Shown in pieces: positions 31,455 through 41,896 of a stretch of 64,000 nucleotides of DNA (positions are counted from its first letter, which is position 1; every line of letters starts with the position of its first letter). This stretch comes from a bacterium (lineage in GTDB: Bacteria > Joyebacterota > Joyebacteria > Joyebacterales > Joyebacteraceae), in NCBI GenBank assembly GCA_029990205.1, contig JAPEKQ010000002.1, positions 96,845 to 160,844 of the forward strand. Direction: 5' to 3'. Position numbers and translations under genes: made by a program. A model generated the notes under the pieces. The model saw only the letters and a list, made by a program, of their open reading frames with translations. It was not told where the DNA came from and searched no databases.

Positions 31455-32923
31455 GAGCCCTCCCCCACGGAGTTCTCACACGCGGAGTCCTGACGCGTGG
31501 AGGCGACTGCCTGCGCGACGCCGAGCACGAGGACGATCACAAGACCGGCGTTCTTCGAGTAGAACTGCGGCGACGTGACGGAGAGCGCGAGGAAGGCGAT
31601 GAGCACACCGAAGCCGGCGAACAACGCCGCTCGCATCCACACCGAGTCCGCCGAGCGAGCGCTTCGGAAGACCTGCGCCACACCCCGGAGATAGAGCACG
31701 AGGTACGATACGAGCCCGACGATGCCAAGCTTGAAAACCAGGAAGAGATAGGCGTTGTGACCGTAGTTGGTCTCACGGAAGAAGCTGCGGATCGGCGACA
31801 TGTAGCTGAACGTCGCGCCAAGACCGTGTCCGATGATCGGGTTCCGTGCGATGAGTTCGATCTGCGCACGCGCTTCCTCGAGGCGCTCGTAGACCGTGAT
31901 CGACGCGAGTGGTGAGGAGAGCGTGGAGAACCGACTGGCGAGGCTCCCAAGCACGCCGAAGATCCGCCAACCGAAGACGGCGTAGGCGCCGGCCAGGGCG
32001 GCGCCGGCAAGGATGAGCGCGAAGCCGGCCACGCGAGCGGGCCGCGCCCGACACGCGAGCGCGGAGACGGCGACCGCGATGACTCCGCCCAGCCAGAATC
32101 CCCGGGAAAGCGAGACGGCCAGCGCGAGCGTGCTCACGAGCCCGAGCACGATCGCGGCGGCGAACTCGCTCCGCCGACGCGCGAGGAAGAACAGCGTGGC
32201 CGCGCCGACGAGTGCGACCATCGGGAGGACCTCGTTGACCGGCGCTCGCTGCCACTGCATCTCCGACGCGAAGGCAGCGACGCTCAGCATCTGGTTGTAG
32301 GTCAGCAAGGCATTGACGGCGAAGAAGACGACGACGGCAAGAAACGCGATGCCGAGTGCGGCCGCGCTCTTCCGGGACCGGGCGACCGTCGCGATCGGGA
32401 AGAACAGGACCAGCGGCGAGAACCGGACGAGGTCACGGAACCACCAGAGAACGCTCCCCCCGTAAAGAAGCGCCGGGAGAAGCGAGGCCGCGGCGATGAT
32501 GAAGAACACGCTGATGGCCCGACCGACCGGCGACGCGACAGCGCGAGCGCCCTCGGGCGACCGGGCATGGCGCACAAGCCACCCGAGAAGCGTCAGGCCG
32601 AACAGCGCGGCGTACGCGAGTTCGACCACGTCGATCTCGACGTTGCTCTGGAGTGTCCGCATCTGGAGGAGGACAATGAGCAGAAGGCCGGCGAAGGTGT
32701 TCGAGTAGGCCAGGACCGCCACGGCCGCGAAGAGCGCCGCGCCCACGAGAAGCAGCGGCTCCCGCATGCCGACCCAGGCGAGCAGCGCCTGCGGGACCGC
32801 CAGAATGAGCAGGAGCGTGATGAGCCTGCCATCGATCCGGTACGAGTGATCGGTCAGGACGTCTCCGGCTGCCTCATGCGGCGTCACGGTCGCCACCCCG
32901 CCCGCTGAGACGCGCCACATCAC
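31442..32923 (-). CDS. O-antigen ligase / Wzy-like polysaccharide polymerase family membrane protein
   Basis: About 12 predicted TM helices with a large periplasmic loop near the C-terminus, typical of the Wzy_C/O-antigen ligase fold. Confidence 0.55.
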   Translation of the reverse strand: MMWRVSAGGVATVTPHEAAGDVLTDHSYRIDGRLITLLLILAVPQALLAWVGMREPLLLVGAALFAAVAVLAYSNTFAGLLLIVLLQMRTLQSNVEIDVVELAYAALFGLTLLGWLVRHARSPEGARAVASPVGRAISVFFIIAAASLLPALLYGGSVLWWFRDLVRFSPLVLFFPIATVARSRKSAAALGIAFLAVVVFFAVNALLTYNQMLSVAAFASEMQWQRAPVNEVLPMVALVGAATLFFLARRRSEFAAAIVLGLVSTLALAVSLSRGFWLGGVIAVAVSALACRARPARVAGFALILAGAALAGAYAVFGWRIFGVLGSLASRFSTLSSPLASITVYERLEEARAQIELIARNPIIGHGLGATFSYMSPIRSFFRETNYGHNAYLFLVFKLGIVGLVSYLVLYLRGVAQVFRSARSADSVWMRAALFAGFGVLIAFLALSVTSPQFYSKNAGLVIVLVLGVAQAVASTRQDSACENSVGEGSCVS

Positions 32924-34100
32924 TCCGCAGCATGCCTGCGATCGCGTCGAGGTTGCGTCTGGTCGGGCTGCTGGCGTCGGTCGTGCGCAGGAACTCGAGC
33001 CACAACGCCATCAGAATCCCGGTCACGAGACCGATGAGCGCGCCGATGATGACCATCACGGTCCGTCGGGGCCTCGTCCGGATCTCGGGGGCGCGCGGGA
33101 TGTCGAGGAGCTGGAGCGTCGGGGTGTCCCGCTGCTCCTGTATCCGCGCCGCCTCGTACTCCTGCACGAGGTAGAAGTAGACCTGATTGAGCACCTCGGT
33201 CTCGCGCATGAGCCCGCCCAGCTCGATAGCGAGCTCGGGCATCTCCGCGAGCGGGATCGTGGAGCCTCCCGATGTTCCGCCCGTGCGCAGCTCGGCCAGC
33301 TGGCGCCGGTACTCGCGAAGCTCGGACTCGAGCCTCACGACCTCGGGGTGGTCCTCGCTGGCGTAGCCGCGCAGGAGTCCCATCTGGATCTCGGTCATCG
33401 CGACCTGAGCCTCAAGGCTCGCGAGAGCCGTGATCGTCGCCCGCGCCTGTTCCGTCATCTCGATGCTCGCGTGTTCGCGCTGGAAGTCGACGAGCTCCTG
33501 CTCGGCCGCGCTCAGGCGCTCGCGCGTGTCCTCGAGGCGCCCCTTCACGAACTCGCGGACCCGGCGTCCTGAGGTCGACCGGACCTCGGAGTTGTACGTC
33601 TCGAGTTCCGAAAGGAAGGTCCCGGCGACGTCGCGCGCGCGAACCGGGTCTCGCGCTTCAACGGAGACGCGGACCACGCCGTTCTCGTCAAGCACGACGT
33701 CGGTCCGGTCGCGAAGCGTCAGCATTGCCTCGTCGATCGTGTCCGAGCGGTAGACGTCCATGAGCCCGTTCTGACGGACGACGGCCTCGCGAACGCGACG
33801 GCTCTCCATGACCGCAAGCAGCACCTGCCCCGGTGATGCGGTCCCCGGCATATCGAAGATGGGCAGCGAGGCCTCGACGTAGCTCAGCAGTCCCGGCTCG
33901 CGCCCGGACTGCTCCGTCGGAATGACGCTCCCGTTCGACGTGTACCACTTCGGGATGACGAGTGAGATCACCGCCGTCACGGCTGCAACGACGAGGATGT
34001 TGAGCACGATGACCTTGCGCCACTTCAGTAGAACGACCAGATAGTCGGTCAGCGATCCGCTGCCGCGGGCCTGCTCGGCCATGTCCCCTCCAGGGATCAC
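32874..34100 (-). CDS. Polysaccharide chain-length determinant (Wzz/GumC-like, no kinase domain)
   Basis: N-terminal TM helix after LTDYLVVLLKWRKVIVLNILVVAAV, a long periplasmic coiled-coil region, and a C-terminal TM helix (TVMVIIGALIGLVTGILMALW). This is the GumC/Wzz topology. Confidence 0.6.
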   Translation of the reverse strand: MIPGGDMAEQARGSGSLTDYLVVLLKWRKVIVLNILVVAAVTAVISLVIPKWYTSNGSVIPTEQSGREPGLLSYVEASLPIFDMPGTASPGQVLLAVMESRRVREAVVRQNGLMDVYRSDTIDEAMLTLRDRTDVVLDENGVVRVSVEARDPVRARDVAGTFLSELETYNSEVRSTSGRRVREFVKGRLEDTRERLSAAEQELVDFQREHASIEMTEQARATITALASLEAQVAMTEIQMGLLRGYASEDHPEVVRLESELREYRRQLAELRTGGTSGGSTIPLAEMPELAIELGGLMRETEVLNQVYFYLVQEYEAARIQEQRDTPTLQLLDIPRAPEIRTRPRRTVMVIIGALIGLVTGILMALWLEFLRTTDASSPTRRNLDAIAGMLRSDVARLSGRGGDRDAA

Positions 34101-35689
34101 TACTGCGAGATATTGTCTATGACGATGTAGATCGTGGCGACCTGACCGGCGATCGATAGCACGTCCTTGGTCACCTGGAGCCAGTCGGTCGCCTCGCGCC
34201 GCGGGACGAAGACGGTGTCACCGGACCGCACCGGGGTTCGCGTCGTAGCCCGCACGCGCTGTCCCGTGATAGAGCGCACGACGCTCACGCGCCGACGGCT
34301 CGCCAGCGGCGCATACCCGCCGGCCGCGTCGACGTAGTCGCGGATCGAGCCTCCGTCCACGAAATCGACATACCCGGGGGTCGCCACCGCGCCGCTGACC
34401 CGTACGGCGTCCATGCGTCTCGGGACATCAATGACATCGCCGCCCCGAAGGAGCGGGTCATCTCCCTCTCCATGCTCGAAGAGAGCTCGGAAGTCGACGG
34501 AAACGAGCACCGAGGGCTCGACCGTGGTGGCGTGGAGGAACGACGCCTCCTCTGTCGTGAGCGACCCGCGGTCGCTCTCCATGAGAAACGCCAGCTCGCG
34601 CTCGCCCGCGGTCTCGCCCGCCGACGGTGAACGCCGCGTGAGCGATGCCCGGTCGAGGTCCGCCCAATCGGTGAAGCCTCCGGCTCGCTCGATGACATCG
34701 GTCAGCCGGTCCTCACCCTCGATGATCGCGAAGTGTCCGGCGTTCGTGGCCTCGCCGCTCACCTCGACCCGGTATGCAACATGCCAGAGATCGTCGCGCC
34801 GCACGTAGATGCGGTCTCCATCCGTCAGAACCCGGTTGAGGTCGCTCTGCTCCCACGCGGCCTCGGAGAGGTCCAGCATCTCGCTCTCGTACGCCCGCGG
34901 ATCATCCGGGGAGAATCGGACGAATTCCACGGATGCCATCATGGCATCGCGGCGCGCGCCGCCGGCGACGCTGATGGCATCGGACAGACGGTCACCCGGA
35001 AGCAACCCGTACATTCCAGGCACGTTCACGGCTCCGACGATCTCGAATACCCGGCTGCGGAACGGGACGTGAACGATGTTCCCCCGGGCCGCCATCGGGT
35101 TGCCTTCGAGATCTCCGGCATTGGCGTAGCTCGCGAGGTCGGCACGCACAACCCCTCCGTCGTCGCCCCGAAGCTCCACCCCCCTGAGCGACGCTCTCGG
35201 CAGGGGACCGCCGGCCATCTCGATGACGCGTGAGATCCTCGTCGTCGCGAGCACCTCGTAGCTCCCCGGTCGCTCGACGGCTCCCGTTACGTGCAGCGTG
35301 GTGCTCCTCGGTGAAACGAGTGTCAGGAGCAGTTCGACGTGGTGGTAGTAGTCCTCGAGCGCGTCCCGGACGGCGACCTCCACCTCCGCGATGGTCATAT
35401 CACGCACATCGACGACGCCCCCCTCAGGGAGAACGATCGATCCCGCCGGCCCCACGCGCAGTTGGACGGCGAGATTCTGCTCGCCGAGAATGCTCAGAAG
35501 GAACCCGTCGCCGGGCCCGACGACGTACTCGTCCGCCGCAACCGGACCGTCCGGCGCCATCGCCCGCGTGTCCTTGACCTCCCAGGCCGGCGTCGCCTCG
35601 ACGACGGCGGTCGGCGAACCCGCCTGAGGTGGGACCTCCGGCACCTGCGCCGTCAGCAACGACGCTACCATGAGAGTATGAAGAAGCAT
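34100..35689 (-). CDS. Polysaccharide export protein (Wza-like; Poly_export + SLBB domains)
   Basis: A signal peptide is followed by the Poly_export motif (YVVGPGDGFLLSILGE...) and repeated SLBB-like units (GNIVHVPF..., GDRIYVRR..., GDVIDVPR..., GDTVFVPR). Confidence 0.65.
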   Translation of the reverse strand: MLLHTLMVASLLTAQVPEVPPQAGSPTAVVEATPAWEVKDTRAMAPDGPVAADEYVVGPGDGFLLSILGEQNLAVQLRVGPAGSIVLPEGGVVDVRDMTIAEVEVAVRDALEDYYHHVELLLTLVSPRSTTLHVTGAVERPGSYEVLATTRISRVIEMAGGPLPRASLRGVELRGDDGGVVRADLASYANAGDLEGNPMAARGNIVHVPFRSRVFEIVGAVNVPGMYGLLPGDRLSDAISVAGGARRDAMMASVEFVRFSPDDPRAYESEMLDLSEAAWEQSDLNRVLTDGDRIYVRRDDLWHVAYRVEVSGEATNAGHFAIIEGEDRLTDVIERAGGFTDWADLDRASLTRRSPSAGETAGERELAFLMESDRGSLTTEEASFLHATTVEPSVLVSVDFRALFEHGEGDDPLLRGGDVIDVPRRMDAVRVSGAVATPGYVDFVDGGSIRDYVDAAGGYAPLASRRRVSVVRSITGQRVRATTRTPVRSGDTVFVPRREATDWLQVTKDVLSIAGQVATIYIVIDNISQ

Positions 35690-35799
35690 GCCCCTGCGCC
35701 TCCTGGGCTCGGGTCAGCGTGTGCAACATGGTCAATAATGTGATGGTATGGGAATGATGAGACGTGTGTCAATACGGCTGTGTTCGATGCGCCGGCCGC

Positions 35800-37398
35800 C
35801 TAGAGATAGCCGAGGTCTTCGAGGCGCTTCCTGATGGCCTCGTCGTCGGGACCGTCCTCGAGGTCGGGCGCCGCGCCCTGTCCCTCCGCGACCGAGCGGA
35901 CAGCGTGACTCAGCAGAAAGTCGGGGTCGAGTATCTCGGTCAGCACGCGCCCCTCCATGCTCTCGGGGAGGCCTTCATCAAGGAGATGGAGGATCGTCGG
36001 GGCAACATCGACGACGGACGGCCCGCCACCGCGGCCGCGACCGCTCGTTCCGATCCGCGCGCCGGCGGCGAGCAGCACTCCGTTCATGCGGTGCGAGCCG
36101 CTGTGTCTTGGCGAGAACGTCCGTTCCTCCCATAGCGGCGCATCGAGTTCGTCCTTGAGCATCACGCACGACCAGTCGTTCGCCGACACGAGCAGGTCAG
36201 GGAGCACAACGCCATCAGGGCTCGGTCCTTTCTCCCCCGGCAGGACAGCCTCGAACGCGATCCCCCGCTCCGCACCCCATCCCAGGAGTCGCTCCCGGAT
36301 GTCGCGCGCCAGATCGAGCCTCGCGCCGGGATCCGGACGAAGCATCCGGTTGACGTAGATGCCGCCGAAAGGAATGGTGTGACCGGGATCGAACGCGGCG
36401 CTGCGCTCGAAGTCCACCGTCCCGCGTACACCCAGGACCGACTCGCCGCGCCGGCGGCGGCCGCGATCGTAGAGCCGGGGCGCGACCTTGTGGACCCCGA
36501 TGACCCGTGCCGCTCCCCGCACCGCGCTCCACGCGGCCCGTCGTGCCCGATCGGCGACGGCATCGCTCTGCCCGCCGGGAACGAGGAGCCCCTGCTCCAT
36601 GAGCCACGCGTTCAACCGGAAGACGGCCGTGTTCGCCCCGAATCCATGGTCCGAGACGATGAGGACGCTCGTGTCGTCATCCGCAGCGTCGAGGAGACGC
36701 GCGACCGCGTCGTCGACACGCGACCAGAAGGCCGGATCCGCCGCCGCGCCGCCGTCGGTCCCGCTCCACAGGCGGTGCTGGTACCAGTCGGTCGCAGCCA
36801 GCACGACCCAGGCGAGGTCCCACTCCTGTTCGCGCAGCACGGCCGAGGCGACACGGGCCTGGACGTCCAGAACGGACTCCGTCTCCCGTTTGAACCTCAC
36901 GGCGTCGTCGTACTCGGCGTCGTGGTACGGGACCACGAGATCGTAGCGCCCGCCGGCCAGTTCGTTGAGTCTGGCTCGCATCTCCGGCGGGTACGTGTAG
37001 TCATCATCCGGCGTCGCACCGACGCCGGCCGTCATGGCTCCGTTCAGCGGATACGGAGGGAGCAGCATCGGGAAGTTGAGGACCACGGACCGCCTGTCTC
37101 GGGCGGTGAGCACGTCCCAGACGGCGCGTCCCGCGTAGTCACGCGAACCGATCGGCCTGAGGCGCATGTCCTCGCCGGTCGGCGTGACGAAGTCGAACAC
37201 GCCCGTTGTCTCCGGGCGAAGCCCTGTGGCCATTGTCAGCCAGGACGGCCCGGTCGCGGGAGGCACTGTGCTCTCGAGCGTCGCGGAGGTCCCCCGACGT
37301 TCAAGAGCGGACAGGGTCGGCATGGTGCCGTCGTCCATACGCGCGCCCATCACGTCGAACGTGGCGCCGTCCAGACCGATAACCAGAACTCGTGTCAT
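35800..37398 (-). CDS. Alkaline-phosphatase-superfamily protein (type I phosphodiesterase / nucleotide pyrophosphatase-like)
   Basis: MTRVLVIGLDGATFDVM..., LATGLRPETTG, IVSDHGF, SGSHRMNGVLLAAG carry the metal-binding residues of the AlkP/PglZ-type fold. The ATG at 37398 overlaps the wzx stop (ATGA). The ORF track's first 138 aa are Arg-rich junk. Confidence 0.6.
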   Translation of the reverse strand: MTRVLVIGLDGATFDVMGARMDDGTMPTLSALERRGTSATLESTVPPATGPSWLTMATGLRPETTGVFDFVTPTGEDMRLRPIGSRDYAGRAVWDVLTARDRRSVVLNFPMLLPPYPLNGAMTAGVGATPDDDYTYPPEMRARLNELAGGRYDLVVPYHDAEYDDAVRFKRETESVLDVQARVASAVLREQEWDLAWVVLAATDWYQHRLWSGTDGGAAADPAFWSRVDDAVARLLDAADDDTSVLIVSDHGFGANTAVFRLNAWLMEQGLLVPGGQSDAVADRARRAAWSAVRGAARVIGVHKVAPRLYDRGRRRRGESVLGVRGTVDFERSAAFDPGHTIPFGGIYVNRMLRPDPGARLDLARDIRERLLGWGAERGIAFEAVLPGEKGPSPDGVVLPDLLVSANDWSCVMLKDELDAPLWEERTFSPRHSGSHRMNGVLLAAGARIGTSGRGRGGGPSVVDVAPTILHLLDEGLPESMEGRVLTEILDPDFLLSHAVRSVAEGQGAAPDLEDGPDDEAIRKRLEDLGYL

Positions 37399-38906
37399 TC
37401 GCCCACCCTCCTCAGGTCGAGCCTGCGAAGGAATCGCCGGGCGACCTCGCGATCGATGTCGTCGAAGGAGCGCGAGAGCGCGAAGCCCACGATACACAGC
37501 GCCGCAAGGACCGCTCCGAAGAGGATGACCAGCCAGCCGCCGGGTCGTCCGAACGCGACGTGGATACCGCGGACAGCGAACCCCACGACCACGAGTACAG
37601 CGACGGGGCGCGCGTGCTCGACCGAGAACGGCCACATCCCGTGAAGGACGCGAATCTCGAGAACACCCGCCAGGCCGCCCGCCGCGAGACCGCACGCCCC
37701 GGCGATAGCAGCGCCGACGACACCGTGCGACGGGATCAGGACTATGTCGAGAACCACGTTCACAACGACCATGACGAGCGCGTTGACGAATGAGAGTCGC
37801 GTGTGCCCCCACGCTTCGAGCGTCATGCCCTCGGGCCCGAGGATCGTCTTGAAGAACCGTCCCGCCGCGAGGATCACGAGCGCCAGGCCTCCGGCCGCAT
37901 AGCGTTGCGTGAACAGGAGCTGCACGACCTCATCGCCGAACAGCACGAGCGCGAGAAAGAGGATGCCATTGACCATGAAGACCCACTTGACGATCCGGTG
38001 GTAGAGCGAACCGATCTCCCCGGGATCATCCATGGCGATCCGCTCGCTGATGACAGGCTTGTACACGCGGGCGAACGACGCGAGAACGAGCGTGAGCGGC
38101 ATCACAAGACTCACGATGACCCGGTAGAGACCCGCGTCCGCCGCGGGCCGCATCCAGCCGAGAAAGAGGATGTCGAGCTGGCCGCGGAAGGTCACGACGA
38201 TGGTCGCCAGTGAAAGCGGCCACGAGTACGCGATGATCTGCCGCATGGACACGCGCGCCTGCGGACCCGAGAAGAAGAGCGGCCGCAGCCGGAATGCGAG
38301 GAACCACGTCGCCGCGAGTGCGGTTCCCAGCACGGCGAGCGCGTATCCGGACGCCCATCCGAGGAGCCCTGCGCCGGTGCCGAACAGGGCGACCGCCGCC
38401 GCGATCTTGAGGATCGGGAGCGTCAGGTACTGTATGTAGACCTCGTAGCGGACCTCCTGGCAGCCCACGAACGCGCTTGAGACCAGACGGATGAGAGCCA
38501 TGAACGGGATGCTCAACGCGACCAGCCGGAGCACGGGGGCGAGTTCGGCCTTGCCGAAGAGGCCCTCCGCGATCGGTACGGAGAAGACGGCCAGGACGAC
38601 CAGAACGACGGCTGAGGCCGTGAGCGAGAAGGTGAGGGAGCGCATGAGCAGGACGCCTGCCCTGCCGCGCTCGCCACGGGCCAGGTACTCCGGGATGAAA
38701 CGATCGAGTGCGTTCGGAAGGCCGAGAAGGACGACGAGCAGCGCGACGTTCGCGATGGCCTGAGCGAGCACGAATGTGCCGAACCGGTCCGGCCCGAGCC
38801 AACGCGTGAGAATGGCGAGCAGAACGTAGTTGAGCACGAGCGCCGCCACCGAACCGGTCAGCCCGATGCCAGCCTCCTTGAAGACCTTGAAGACCCTGCC
38901 CCTCAC
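37395..38906 (-). CDS. wzx: Polysaccharide biosynthesis flippase (Wzx; MOP/MATE-like superfamily)
   Basis: 503 aa with about 14 TM helices in the Polysacc_synt family arrangement. Confidence 0.7.
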   Translation of the reverse strand: MRGRVFKVFKEAGIGLTGSVAALVLNYVLLAILTRWLGPDRFGTFVLAQAIANVALLVVLLGLPNALDRFIPEYLARGERGRAGVLLMRSLTFSLTASAVVLVVLAVFSVPIAEGLFGKAELAPVLRLVALSIPFMALIRLVSSAFVGCQEVRYEVYIQYLTLPILKIAAAVALFGTGAGLLGWASGYALAVLGTALAATWFLAFRLRPLFFSGPQARVSMRQIIAYSWPLSLATIVVTFRGQLDILFLGWMRPAADAGLYRVIVSLVMPLTLVLASFARVYKPVISERIAMDDPGEIGSLYHRIVKWVFMVNGILFLALVLFGDEVVQLLFTQRYAAGGLALVILAAGRFFKTILGPEGMTLEAWGHTRLSFVNALVMVVVNVVLDIVLIPSHGVVGAAIAGACGLAAGGLAGVLEIRVLHGMWPFSVEHARPVAVLVVVGFAVRGIHVAFGRPGGWLVILFGAVLAALCIVGFALSRSFDDIDREVARRFLRRLDLRRVGE

Positions 38907-39058
38907 ATGTCCCCCTGCTCCTGACGCGCATCCGTCTCGCGCAACGTGCGCCCGGTGATGTTGAACCGCTATCCTACAGAGTGTAAGATACTGCGTCCGC
39001 GATTGCGAGACGCGTGCAACGCGACGAGTCCAGGCAGACCACCCCGATCGGAGGCATC

Positions 39059-40004
39059 AGTGAGCGGAGTCAGCGGCATTGTGGTGCAGTACGGTCCGCC
39101 CGACCTGCTTCTCTCGCTCATCGACTCTCTCACGCATCACGAGAATGTAGCACTCATCTCGGAGCTCGTCATTGTCGACAACGGCGGCGGTCTGGGCGAC
39201 ACCGGCCGGCGCCGCGTCGAGGCGGCAGCGGAATCGCTGAACGTCCGGTTCGTCGAGACGCAGGGAACGAGCTACTCCGGCGGTGTGAATGCCGGCGTGA
39301 GGGCCTGCTCCGGCGACCTCGTCCTCGTCATGAACAACGATCTCATGTGGGCGCCGGACCTCAGCGTGCGTCCCCTCGAGGACGCGATGCTCGACGAGAC
39401 GGTGGGCATCGCCGGCCCGCAGCTCCTCAACGAAGACGGCTCGTGGCAGAGGAGCTTCGGACGATTCCCTTCGGTATCCTCGGCTCTCGAGTCGCTGTTC
39501 TTCATCGACACACTTCGAAACGCGCGCGCCGCCGGTCGAATGGCGGAAGCGCGCACCGGCAGACCGAAGGCGGTGCACTACGTCGACGGAGCGATGATGT
39601 GTGTCCGAAGGCGCTGCTTCGATGAGATTGGTGGATTGGACGAGTCGCTCCCGTTCTACGGTGAGGACACGGACTTCTGCCGTCGGGCGGCAATACGCGG
39701 ATGGACGGTGGCGTTCGTCCCGGCGGCCGGCGTCGTGCACGTCCGCGGCGCGACATCGACGCGGGAAGATCCCGCGGGCTACGAACGGAAGCTCTACTCC
39801 TCGAAGATCCGGTTCGTGAGGCGAACGGGAGGCGCAGCACGGGCGAGCTGGTACGCGCGGATCCTCAAGGCCGCGCTGGCTGTTCGAGCGGGGCTCTATC
39901 CGATCGCAGCCGCCGCGGCCGGGACCGAGTCGGCCCGCGCCAGAGCGGCGGCTGCTCAGAAACGATACGCGGCGGTCCGGGATCTCCCCGCCACCGGCGT
40001 CTAG
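39059..40004 (+). CDS. Glycosyltransferase family 2
   Basis: GT-A fold motifs: VSGIVVQYG..., ELVIVDNGG, NAGV, a DxD-like motif (MNNDLM), YGEDTDF. GTG start preceded by GGAGGC. Confidence 0.7.
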
Positions 40005-40017
40005 CTACCCTCTCTAC

Positions 40018-40515
40018 CTACCCGTCCTGTCGTCCCCAATCGTACGGCACGGTGCCGTCGTGCGGGTCGACGCGGAACTCATCCGGCTCGTCGTAGCGGT
40101 AGACCTCGGTCGGGCAGTTCACGAGCAGCCCCGGCTTGTCGCCGATGGCCTTCATGCCGTGGAGCACGCCCGGCGGGATGACGATGAGAATGCGGTTCTG
40201 CTCACCCATGAAGAACTCGTTGATCTCGCCATGGGTCGGCGAGTCCTCTCGACCGTCGTAGAGGACGACCTTCATCATCCCGCTGACGATCGTGAAGTAA
40301 TCCGTCTGCACCTTATGGTAGTGCCATCCCTTCACAACACCGGGGTAGGCGGCGGAGAGGTAGACCTGCCCGAACTTCTGGAAGATCCCGTCGTCCGCGC
40401 GGAGCATCTCCATAAGATAGCCACGCTCGTCGGGAATGAGCCGAAGCTGCTTGATCTCGACCCCGTCGATGAGGCGCTTCGCCTTCACGCCCGGCGGGAC
40501 TGCCTTCGTAGACAT
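40018..40515 (-). CDS. rfbC: dTDP-4-dehydrorhamnose 3,5-epimerase (cupin)
   Basis: VEIKQLRLIPDERGYLMEMLR...SAAYPGVVKGWHYHKVQTDYF...PPGVLHG matches the family. Confidence 0.75.
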   Translation of the reverse strand: MSTKAVPPGVKAKRLIDGVEIKQLRLIPDERGYLMEMLRADDGIFQKFGQVYLSAAYPGVVKGWHYHKVQTDYFTIVSGMMKVVLYDGREDSPTHGEINEFFMGEQNRILIVIPPGVLHGMKAIGDKPGLLVNCPTEVYRYDEPDEFRVDPHDGTVPYDWGRQDG

Positions 40516-40576
40516 CCTGTCCCCCTCGTGTTCGTCAATCGGAGCACGCAGGCCCCGTGGTGAGAGACCTGACCCT

Positions 40577-41896
40577 CTACTGCCGGGCCCGGCCGCGTCC
40601 AACACCGTCGTATGTGAACCCGTGCTTCTCGAAGTCAGCGGGCTGGTATATGTTGCGGCAGTCGACGACCGCGCGCCCCGGCATCACCTTCATGAGACGC
40701 TCGATATCGAGCTGTCTGAACTCGTTCCACTCGGTGACGAGGACGAGAACGTCCGCTCCTTCCGCCGCCGAGTATGCGTCCTCGGTGAACGTCACGAACG
40801 GCATGAGGGTGCGCGCATTGTCCATCGCGACCGGGTCGAACCCGCGGACGCTGGCGCCGAGTTCGTTCAGCCCCTCGGCGAGGATGATCGACGCCGCGTA
40901 CCTCATATCGTCGGTGTTCGGCTTGAACGCCAGCCCGAGAAGCGCGACCGTCTTCCCGGAGACATCGCCACCGGCCGCCGCGACGACCTTGTCGACCATG
41001 CGCAGCTTCTGCTCGATGTTGACCCGGACCGACGAGCTGACGATGCTGCACTCCACGCCGGCCGCCTCGGCGATCTTGGTGAGCGCCTTGGTGTCCTTCG
41101 GGAAGCAGGAACCGCCGTATCCGGCGCCCGCGTGCAGGAACTTCGGGCCGATCCGCTTGTCGAGACCCATGGCGTACGCGACGGTCTGAACATCGGCGCC
41201 GACGCACTCGCAGAGATTCGCGACCTCGTTGATGAAACTGATCTTCGTGGCGAGGAACGAGTTCGACGCGTACTTGATCAGCTCTGCGCTCTCCGGCGTC
41301 GTCTCGACGATCGGCGTCCTGATGAGATAGAGCGGCGAGTAGATGCTCCGCAGCGCCTGGAACGCCTTCTCACTGTCCGCGCCCACGACCACGCGGTCGG
41401 GCCGCATGAAGTCTCCGACGGCGGAACCCTCACGGAGGAACTCGGGGTTCGACACAACATCGAACTCGTGCGGCTCGGACTGCTCATCCCGGATGATCCT
41501 GCTGATGCGGCGCGCAGTCCCGACCGGGACCGTGCTCTTCTGAACGATGATGCGATAGCCGTCCATGTGCCTGCCGATGTCTCGAGCGACCGCGTCGACC
41601 TGAGACAGATCGACCGCTCCGTCCTCCCCCTCCGGCGTACCGACGGCGCAGAAGATGACGTCGCACTCCTTCACCGCGCGGCCGAAGTCGGTCGTGAACT
41701 CGAGACGTCCCTCCTGCACGTTCCGCAGCACCACCTCCGAAAGCCCGGGCTCGTAGAACGGGATCTCCCCCGCCTTCAGCTTCTTGATCTTCTCCTCGAG
41801 CAGGTCCACGCAGATGACGGTGTTGCCGAAGTCGGCGAGACCGGCCCCTCCTACGAGTCCGACGTAACCCGTTCCGATGACCGCGATCTTGTGCAT
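40577..41896 (-). CDS. ugd: UDP-glucose 6-dehydrogenase
   Basis: MHKIAVIGTGYVGLV..., the catalytic region GGSCFPKD, and the UDPG_MGDP_dh C-terminal domain. Confidence 0.85.
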   Translation of the reverse strand: MHKIAVIGTGYVGLVGGAGLADFGNTVICVDLLEEKIKKLKAGEIPFYEPGLSEVVLRNVQEGRLEFTTDFGRAVKECDVIFCAVGTPEGEDGAVDLSQVDAVARDIGRHMDGYRIIVQKSTVPVGTARRISRIIRDEQSEPHEFDVVSNPEFLREGSAVGDFMRPDRVVVGADSEKAFQALRSIYSPLYLIRTPIVETTPESAELIKYASNSFLATKISFINEVANLCECVGADVQTVAYAMGLDKRIGPKFLHAGAGYGGSCFPKDTKALTKIAEAAGVECSIVSSSVRVNIEQKLRMVDKVVAAAGGDVSGKTVALLGLAFKPNTDDMRYAASIILAEGLNELGASVRGFDPVAMDNARTLMPFVTFTEDAYSAAEGADVLVLVTEWNEFRQLDIERLMKVMPGRAVVDCRNIYQPADFEKHGFTYDGVGRGRARQ